NCBI GenBank assembly: GCA_040954595.2
Contig: CM082576.2
Coordinates: forward strand, 3,198,760-3,262,759
DNA from: Balanoglossus misakiensis
Lineage: Eukaryota; Animalia; Hemichordata
DNA length: 64,000 nucleotides
Direction: 5' to 3'
The notes below the pieces were generated by a model. The model was not told the origin of the DNA. It saw only the letters and a program-made list of their open reading frames with translations, and did not search any database. The translations under genes and the position numbers were made by a program. Positions 26,389-35,990 of the stretch are shown piece by piece (positions within the stretch are counted from its first letter, which is position 1; every line of letters starts with the position of its first letter).

Positions 26389-29300
26389 TTATAGTATCAG
26401 ACAGGCCGTGGAATTCTTTTGAACATTTCCATGCTGCCTTGCGGGTGACGTCGGAGTGTTTCCCAGACTTTTTGCTTTCATCTTGTCAGCATCTGCAACG
26501 GCTTTCTTCAGTGCGTTTGGATCACTCTTTGCATTCTGTGTTTTGGATCCTCTCTGCAAATCACAGAGAATTATGACAATTACATTAACTAATTTGCAAG
26601 ACTGAGGACATCTATCCATACATGTATATATTTGTTGACATAGTATATTTCTCACTTATAGCTATCAAGTGTTTATTTCTATATATCTTAAGCAGCTGTG
26701 CCTGTTTCTATGACGTTCACATAATAATTGAGGTAATTAAATACAAACCTGTGCATCAGAGTAGAGTAAATTTGCTGCACGCCCCTCCTGAACGTGGACT
26801 TCCACTGCGTTGTAACCAGCACCCCTCACTTCCTGCACTTGTTTATCTAGCTGTTTCGTTCCCCACTCAAAATCAGAATACATTTCTGGAAAGAAAGAGA
26901 CATGCTCACATATATTCTCACAATGCAATAAGAGAGCACAGGGTGTTGAAAGCATACATCAACTGTAGAGGGTGCCCCCACCTCATGGGTTGTGTGATAT
27001 GCTTCAGCATGCATGTAGCAGAGACTTCGGTAATTTGGTTTTGAAACATTGATAAGGTTCTAGTCTGGAATGCCAGCTCCCAGTCCCTTTGTTTTGAAAT
27101 ACTACAGTAAAATAACAAGAGAAAGGAACATCAGGGACTCACCAATTCTGTATGTTGTGAGTTGCTGCAAAACCTGCTGTATTTTCCCAGTGGGAGGCCA
27201 TTCAGTCCTCTCCATGACGGCCAACAAAATCGGTTTGTTGTATTTCTGGGCTAACTTCATCTCCATGGGGGCATGCTTGCAGTTGCAGTATTCTGGTGTT
27301 ATGCAGCACACTATGACATGGCAACTCTTGATGCGAGGCTCAATGTCAAGTTCAACACTGCCCTTTGCCACACGATCTTTGCTGAGTAACATGGCATTGA
27401 AACCATAGCTGTCAAGTCTAGAGGATGAGAGATAAGAAAGATGGTTAAAAAATAATATGTCTCCGTATGAGTCAACATTTATTATGGTAAAATAAACTCA
27501 CTGTCTGTCTGTCTGTAACACCAGAATACTGCAACTCTTTCTGAATTAAATTCCATGCATTGTATTAATAAGAGGTCTATATTACCCTGCTTTGATGAAG
27601 GTAGCTTCATTCCATCTCTGTGCATCACAAGTGATGTACACTTTAACTTTGTTCAGGTGACTTGTGGGTCTTTCAACAGGGGATGCAGGACGGGCCTTTC
27701 TGCTCGAATCTGTCTCTTTCTCTGTGGAAAAAAACACAAATACAGGAATTTTTCACTAAAACAATATCTCAATCAAAAACCACAAAAAGTAATATTGAGA
27801 AGTGCTGAAGAATGACATTCCGTGTGAAACGACAGCAGGAATACTCACGCATCGCTTTCATTTTCTTTTTGTGATCCTTGATGGTTGCCTGGGCTTCATC
27901 AATCCACTTGGCGCTCTGGGGTAGCGAGGGCACTTTGAAGGTCGTGTCAAGTTCAAGCTTGTCACCTGATGAGGTTGAGAAGGGAGGAGAGAGAGAGTGA
28001 GAAATGTCTTTATCTTCAATACATGCATGTATACCCAATGAAAGGGGTTTGGTTGTTCCATCTGTGACAAAGGAAGTGTTTGCATGGTCTTGCACTGGTA
28101 ATTCAAATGCTGCCCCCACCCCCACCCTACAAAAAAGACTGCAACAACATACCATATGTCTGGACTGTGACAACAGGATAGAAGCCTCCATCGGGCTGCT
28201 CCAAGATTTGATGTGAAACCACGCTTCCATTCACTGTGAAGTAGACTACAACAAACTGCTTGGCCTTGTCGTCTGATTGGTCAGACTCGGCAAACACAAC
28301 ACCACAACCAATGACATCATTGGCCAATCCAGCAGGTGAGTCCAGGTGCACTGTCAGACAAATGAAAGTGTAAAGATAGCTGTTACATGTAAACTGGAAA
28401 ACCAAGGAGAAAGAAAGCGTTTTCTATTGGCTACCAGTACACTGTGATGGCCAGTGGCATATCCTCTTTCTTTTCTAGCTCTATTAGGACACCTCACGCT
28501 CATGACCACAGACTCCCTGTCTCCTCACCTTTTTCGGGATGCTTAGAGATTCCCTTTGTGATGATTTCATTGTGATGCGAGTGGAAACGCAGGTCTCTGT
28601 AGCCACTGCTCCTGGAAGCCACGTGGGAATGATTGGAGATGCCGATGGTGGGGCCCCTCTTCTTGGATTTCCGAGACAATACTTTCACAGCGAAGAAACT
28701 TCGGTCTGAAAGTGAGAGAAATCATTAAACTTTGACCCCCTGGTGACCTGTGATGTCATTCAGAACTATTCTTCTGAGACAGATTCAAAGGGTTAATACG
28801 CAAAGATTCATAGAATAGAAATCTATGCTGCGTTTATGGAACAAATAAAGGCACATCAATTTCCTTGAGGAAGCTCTGCCTATACTGATGCTATGCGATC
28901 AATTAAGTTCCATTTGCTGAAACACGTGTGTTTATCACACAAGGTTTTTTAAGCACACCTTTGGTCAGCGGGTGAGGAGCTGTCAACATCTGTGTTTCTG
29001 TTTTCCGGGATTTCCTTTTCATCTTCAGGACACTTCCATTGATTTCCAATCCCGGCGTCTTGATCCAGCTGTTCAGATCCCCCTGAAACAATTAAAGCAC
29101 ATGCAAATTAGCTAAGAACAACGACTGAACCATTTTTTAAACACAGCTATAATTGTAATTTATCTAAATTTCGTCTCACCATTGTTTCCCTTCACATGTT
29201 GCACTTATATTTTAATCAATCAATGTAGTTTTAGCAGAAACCCAGCACCCCCTCTCCCCCAAAATACCATCACTGCCCATCCATACCTGTTGGAATGTAA

Positions 29301-32300
29301 GCTCTTGAGAAGGTTTATGCGACCATTTTGGACGGACTGTGCTGGGCATGTGCTTGAACCCAATGGACGGCATCAGATCGTTCTTGTTGGAGTTTGACAC
29401 TTGACCCCTTCCCATCAGCCTACCGTTCTTTGTAAATGACAGAATGTGCACCTCCCCCGAGTATTCCAGCTGACACCCAATGGTGTCACCTACAACCAAA
29501 AAAATATATAAATAACAAACCTTGAAAAAGTAGCACACACTGCAAATTATGTGGGCATTATTGTGAGAGACAAATTTAGTGACCAGAGACAGACATGCCT
29601 GTACTATAACCTAAATGTCACATGACCCCCCCCCCCCAACAACAACAACAAAAAAGAAATCATTACCTTGTCCATATTCTTCAGTCTCAAAACGTGCTGT
29701 CCTATGCCGAGCACCTCTGAAAATATCACCATTGCAGTCGTAGCCAATAGTTTCTGAGAGGTGGCCGGGTAGAGTACCCACAGTCTGTGAAGATCTGGTG
29801 ATTCCCACACTGATGGTACTGTCGTAGCCTGCAGGGGGCCAGGGAAGATGTGAAAAACAGTTTATAAAAAAGTGAAGTCACATCATCATCAGCCAATCAA
29901 AAATGCTGTAACAGTAACATGAGGACTGCTGAGCACTTACCAATTTCAGATACAGCCACAGAGAAGTGTGGCTTTGCGTTGTTCAGCGTCTGGGTGCATT
30001 GTATCATTCTAGCTTTCTTCAAAACCTGGGTGGGAGTCACGGTGCCGTCAGTTCTCATCCCGCCAATCTCCTCAGCAAATCGGAATTCATTGACCATGAT
30101 CCCCTCAAGTTGGTCGTCCTCCAGGTCCTGGGGCTTGTTAAGGTCTGGAAAACGTCATCATAGCAATATCATCAGTGTTGGAACTGGAAATTGTGGAAAT
30201 CTAGATGATTATATCCGTTTCCAGATCAGTCTAAATGTTTTGACTATTACTACATGATAGATTATGGCCTCTGACCCTCACCATAGCCAGAGATCAGCTA
30301 AACACCTGGTAGAGTTCATGCAAAGGAGTCAACCTTATAGATTGTTAGCAAACTAACATTTCTGACAGACAACATAACTGATAAATCTTATGTTTGACTC
30401 ACCTGGCATTTTGAACTCTGGCAGTTCACTAAACGCCCCTCCACTCTTGGTCGCCTCTCTTTTCCAGGCTTCAAAATCAAAGGATGGTCGGTCACACTCC
30501 ATGTTGACACTCACAACATCACCTGTGGGAGTTAATGCAATAATGTTGTAATATTGGCTACTTACGAGCTTGAGCAGTCCTGTGTTACTGTAGCTCAGAT
30601 ATTTTTTACCATGAATTTGACAAAAGCAGACTGTACATGTATATATGTACCCGACGTCTTCTTTTTGATTAGAAAAATTGGAAAATCATCTTACAGCAAA
30701 AAAAAAAAATGATTATGACTGAAATACAATGACAGTGGAATCACAGTAAATTTTTAACCATATTTATGCAAAAATCACTCACAACTCTGGTAATTTGAAT
30801 TTTTACAACATAGAATGTAATATTTCGTCAGGGTTGATAGGTTACCTGCATGTCTGATTGTCACTGCAGGGTAAAAACCACCATTGGGCTGATTGATGCC
30901 TTTGTGGAAGATGTGTTTGCCGTTCTTGGTGAAATACACCACAACTTTCTGGGGCAGCCTGGCGTCCTTGGACTCCACATAGACCACGCCACACCCTAAC
31001 CTGTCACCACATTTACACTTGCAGTTGTCGCCAAGATTGTGAGCTGAGGAGAGAAGGAAGAGAACAAACGAACAAATCAGTGCTATATGTAAATGGGTTA
31101 TTTGGATTTACCACACATCAACAACTGTGCAGACACTAACACATGAAAAAGAAAGGATAAGACTACATTTCTGTGACAACGTCACAACCATAATTTATGG
31201 TTAAAATATGGTCACAGAAACATAACATTTGTGAGTGTCTGTGTCTTCCAAGAAGTCCATCAATCATCTTATTACCTATCAGGAAGACAAATTATATTTC
31301 TCCAGATCCAGGCATAATAATTCTCTCCCCCTATTCAATTCCCCCCCCCCCCCACCCCAAAAAAAATGTACCACTCTAAATGCACTGTCACTTAATCTTC
31401 ATTAAAAGAATCCCAGAGAATGTAACCATACAAGTTCACATTACCATTTGCAACGTGCATAACTCACTTTTCTCATCATCTTCGTGGTACACCTTCCCTT
31501 CATCTCCATGGTAACCAATGGATTCCATCTGCAGTCCTGGAATCACGCGCGAGCCAGCCTCTGCAGAGGTCAATCCGATGACGACTGGAAACTCGTGACT
31601 GGAGAGTGGCCCGGCATTCTCAATTTTCACCTCAAAGTAGCCTGGAAATGAGTCAAAATTATTGCTTAATGTAATCAAACATTATATTCTAGTTTTGATT
31701 CGACCCCAATCTGATTAAAATCTCTAGAGAGGGGGAGGACCATTAAAGTACACACCACAGAGAGAAAAGACCCAAGGTTCTTACCGCCATTAAGATGAAA
31801 CGGAGCCAGTGCTGTGCTTAGAGCCATTTCTATGTCCTCACTTAGTTGCAATTTTCTGTTGTCACTGACCAATGTCTTGCTTTTGAGCCAGCAAGACAAG
31901 TCGGTCTGTAAAAAAAATTGATGATGTAAACGCTCAGTGGTTATTGGGGGAATTTTCATTTTCAGCAAAACTAGACTGACTTTAATATTTGTTCACTTTA
32001 TTTAAGGAATGTTGAAATTGAACTGACAAACCATTTTTTGTACAAGATGCTCAGAGTTTTTACATACCCCCGCCTTCCCCAAACAAACAGTTCTTTCAAT
32101 ATCACCTCAGTTTAAACTGTTAAGTGACCTCTCCAAGAACAACGGAAATTGACATGGCGTTTAGTCATTCCAACTCACCTGTTCCAGGTGCGGAGGGGAA
32201 TTTCTGTGGAAGGACAGCTCTGCGGGTCCCCACCAAACATTCAGAGTCGGAAACAGATTTGCAGGTGGCAGAGACACCCACTGCCGGTGAATCGGACGAC

Positions 32301-33420
32301 CATTTTTAAAGAAGAGTAGAATGGATTTCTTGTCTGTGAAATACTCCCCAAGCACGCCGATAGATGTACCTGGGAAAAAACAAAGATCTATGAGTGTTTA
32401 CATTTTCGCTGTTTGACAACTGTATCACAACACAACCCACTGGTTGCCAGATTTGTTAGATATGTTTGTCACACACAAAATACAACCCTTCTACATCCAA
32501 GCTAATTTCTCCAAGTCCACGCAAGGATGTATGTTACCTTTTGTATATTTTCCCCTGTGATAGCTATTGCCTGTTCTGGCACAGCTGACAATATTTCCGG
32601 TGTCACTGAAGTAGCCAACGCCATCAGACTCTCTTGCCTTTTTGGCTCTTGATGAGGACCCTCCATCATCATCATCATCTTCATCATCACTGTCTTGCAG
32701 TTCAGGGAGTTGACTCACTCCGATGCTGATGGCTGCATCATCATCTGTTATGGATCAATGTACATGGTATTATGCAAGACATTTGTTTATTGATGTAGAG
32801 TTATAAACAGCCCTTGTACATTCATACAAAGTAGTAGTTGCAGACTTTGTCCTAAATCTCAATTGTCAATGATGTGCCAAGATTATGGAGGACATACCCA
32901 TTTGGTTGATTTCCACGCTGAAGTATTTGCCATCCTGACTGTCTTGAATAGCCTGAAACTGTGCATGTGCCACGTTCCCTTCTTCATCACTGAGATCTGG
33001 TACTTGTATTTGATTGTCAATCACCTTCAAGACGCTGCTGAAATCTTTTGGCCTGTATAGGGAGTACATCCTTGGAGATTAACATGTGATTTTGAACTTG
33101 GAAGGCCAAAAAGATCATGGTGTGCCCTCTAGGAAACATTATAATATCTTTGATCATTTCTAAATAAATAAATATACATATGAAATATTTATATGATGAA
33201 TCTAATTATTTTTGTGCAAACTAGGTCTAGATATGTTTAGAATGAGCTCATCTTGTCGTCCGCATGCTACACCAAGCGACATGCACTGGAATGTGGTTAT
33301 CAGTTTCCCAAAGATGCATGACTCACAAGGACGACTCACAAGAACAAGACACACACCACATACATTTTGTGTCAATTCATCATTCATGAAAGTAAAGGCG
33401 AAAACTTACGACTCGGCCAT
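26389..33420 (-). CDS. SPRYD3-like protein with four SPRY domains, a TIR (TIR_2-like) domain and a C-terminal CaaX box, about 1030 aa, 19 coding exons
   Basis: Exons: 33420-33410, 33070-32898, 32744-32538, 32369-32179, 31905-31785, 31641-31468, 31043-30846, 30522-30403, 30144-29941, 29828-29667, 29489-29287, 29082-28959, 28705-28529, 28350-28153, 27965-27849, 27721-27586, 27417-27143, 26885-26749, 26553-26389 (3093 nt, in frame, all GT-AG). SPRY motifs: YFEVKI, SIGYHGDEGKVY, GDRLGCGV, VYFTKNGK, GGFYPAV and three related sets. TIR motifs: KVYITC and IKSCHVIVCCITPEYCNCKHAPMEMKLAQKYNKPILLAV. The protein ends STACLIL-stop. The first exon junction is less certain (alternative ATG at 33069). Confidence 0.85.
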
Positions 33421-33749
33421 GATTCTCTTGGGTTTAACTGCTATGGGACAGAATAAATTACACTTCACTTTGCATTTGACTTTGATTGCAGAGTACTATA
33501 CAGCAGAGCATGCGGGTTGGTCATGGGCTGAATTCTGGACGAGCTCGAGAAACTGACGGGACTCCTTGATTGATGACACGTTTGTTGCTAGCGATTGAGA
33601 GTGTTATGATCACCACGTGAATTATGTATGCAGACGTTTCGGTCGTTACTATTTGTGCGGTTAGTAAGTATTTTGGTGGGTTATTTGATCCACGTAGGCG
33701 ATGTCCCTTTGTCCTTCTAAACACTTTCGTTTCTCGCCCAGTCACTCAC

Positions 33750-34072
33750 AGCCCACCGTCCTGTCAGCTTGTTGCTAGGCTTCTGTACACAACCGGAAAA
33801 CGGAAATAAAACTGGGATCAGAGGTTAAAGTTCATCATAGAATGACCTGCTGGTTCACCCCAATCGCCATCTTGTCTCATGATAAATCGATAGAGTTGAT
33901 TGGTTTACTTGAGTAGCTGTACACCAAAATAAACCAATCACATACCGTATTGCAAATATTAGAGCAGCGTGCTATAACAACGCATGCGTTTCACGTTAGA
34001 TCGTCGACCATCTTTCCGAAAAAGAATGCCGGTTAGTTGTAATTGATCAAGTAACACCCCAAAACCCTCAAA
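33750..34072. promoter_or_regulatory. Bidirectional promoter between the SPRY-TIR gene (-) and TOMM20 (+)
   Basis: A minus-strand donor GTGAGT at 33749-33744 marks a 5'UTR exon about 320 bp from the TOMM20 ATG. The region is CpG-rich, with tandem ETS-like CGGAA (33793-33805), CCAAT boxes and the NRF1-like palindrome AACGCATGCGTT (33979-33990). Confidence 0.6.
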
Positions 34073-35990
34073 ATGATTTCCAAAGCAATGGTTGGTGTTG
34101 CAGCTGGTGTGTGTGGTACACTCTTTATTGGTTACTGCATTTATTTCGACAGGAAAAGGCGGAGTGACCCACTTTTCAGGCAGAAACTCAAGGAAAGTAA
34201 GTATCATTCGGCAAACGTGTGTAGCTTGTGAACACACATGGTCTTGTAACGCAAAACTTACCTTGATGTGTTTACGGATAGAAATGGAGTTAGAGAAATA
34301 TGCTGGCCATTATCAATCTAAGATGACAAGCTTAATATTAGACAGGCTGGCAATAAAAGTAGCATAGATATAACTAGCTGCAATGATTGTAGCGGGTGCT
34401 GCTAGGTTGAGTGGTGTAGCACCTGCACCCGCTACAATCATTGCAGCTAAGATACAACTTGTCTAGCCCATAACACACAGTTTTTGTCAATAATTAAACT
34501 ACCAATTTTGGAGATTGATTTCCATATCATCCAATGTGTAACTCATCTTGTCAATTATAAATTCCCTAAAGTGGAATTTATAACGTTTTGCTTCGGTTCA
34601 ATACTATTCAGGGAGGTTGAAGGCAAAGAAGAAAAATAAAGAAAAAGATGCTGCCAAAAATAAGGTATTGACCTGACCAGTTGATAGTCCACAGTATCTG
34701 ATTTGGTAGCTCTGCACAGTTTCAAGGAAATTGTCACTGCAGTCGTTCAACTTTTTAAAAGCAAGATTTTATATGAAGTGTTTCAAATTAAAAGAAGGGC
34801 TTTTGTTGTCCAATGGGTGAATTGCACACAACATAAGACATGAAGGGTATTCATTAATCTATTGCTCCATTTCTGCAGTTACCTGATTTCAGAGACACAG
34901 AAGCTGTACAGAAATTCTTCCTTGAACAAGTCCAACTTGGTGAAGAACTTCTTGCGCAAGGTAAGTCACTTCCTTGTTCAGTGCTCAGTTGGTGTCAGAC
35001 CTTGTTGAGATCTAGACAATCACAGATCATTCCAGTGTACGAAATAAAGCCTGTCCGACAGTCCGAGACTGGTTGTTTTTCTGTAGGACTGGTAAAAATA
35101 AAATGTTACCAGTCCGACAGACAGGTTGAATTTAGCGTGGGAGTTGACCAGTGGTATCATGACATCTTTTAGACTTTCCCCAGTTCGTGTATTGCAAATA
35201 AAAGAAACAATGATGAAAAAGCTTGAAAATTATCAAATCAAAGTAATGTAAAGAGAAGATGATTTTAATTGTAAGGCATAATATCAGGACTGGTAAGTTT
35301 TTGGCAGGACTGGCAACTTTTTGAAGTTGCCAGTCCTGGTGACTGGTTGATATTTCCTATGAATTTCGAACACTGATCATTCACTGACGTTTTATGTATA
35401 TTTGACTTTGTATGTTTATATGCACTTTTAGGTGATTTCGAAAATGGCGTTGAGCACCTGACAAATGCAGTGGCAGTGTGCGGCCAGCCACAGCAACTTC
35501 TTCAAGTTCTGCAACAAACTCTACCAACCCAGGTCTTCCAGATGCTTTTACAAAGATTGCCTACTGTCAGTCAGGTAATGTACTAGTGAACTGTTTCCAT
35601 GACAGCAGTCTGCTGGTTGAAAGTCATTACCACAACAACTGTCTGTTGGGGCAAAATTGTTACCATAGCAATAGCCTCTTGGCAATTAACGTGGGATTCT
35701 TAGCGCATATTAACTGTCACTGTACCTACATCTGACTGTATCACTTCCAGAGAATCGCCAAAGAAAAAGATGCTAGGTTCAGACCCGCAAAAGTCTATAT
35801 CACGCCACGATCTCTTAATGGCATGTAAGTTGCCATTCTTTCTGTAGCCGTGCTTGTATTGCTCATTGTAATAAAATAACAAACAACGTTCTGTCATGAT
35901 AGATGACAAAATTGTTCTCTTCTTATTTTACAGAGAGTCGCTGCCTCTGCAGCCAGCAGTGGAGCCATTATTGAAGAAGAACTGGAGTGA
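34073..35990 (+). CDS. TOMM20: Mitochondrial import receptor subunit TOM20, 5 exons, 152 aa
   Basis: Exons: 34073-34196, 34612-34664, 34879-34960, 35432-35574, 35934-35990 (459 nt). Translation contains AAGVCGTLFIGYCIYFDRKRRSDP, LPDFRDTEAVQKFFLEQVQLGEELLAQGD, GVEHLTNAVAVCGQPQQLLQVLQQTLP and an acidic tail IIEEELE. The supplied ORF track misses it. Confidence 0.96.
34375..34449. repeat. Perfect 25-bp inverted repeat (75-nt hairpin) in TOMM20 intron 1
   Basis: TAGCTGCAATGATTGTAGCGGGTGC (34375-34399) and its exact reverse complement (34425-34449). Confidence 0.9.
35033..35375. mobile_element. 343-bp MITE with a 7-bp target-site duplication in TOMM20 intron 3
   Basis: TIRs CAGTGTACGAAAT and ATTTCGAACACTG match at 12 of 13 positions. 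ATCATTC flanks both sides (35026-35032 and 35376-35382). Several internal GGACTGG/CCAGTCC repeats. Confidence 0.85.

Noticed and set aside
27769-28230. 153-aa minus-strand ORF
   Set aside because: It is chance read-through. Only 27965-27849 is an in-frame exon; the upstream part is intron plus the wrong frame of exon 28350-28153.
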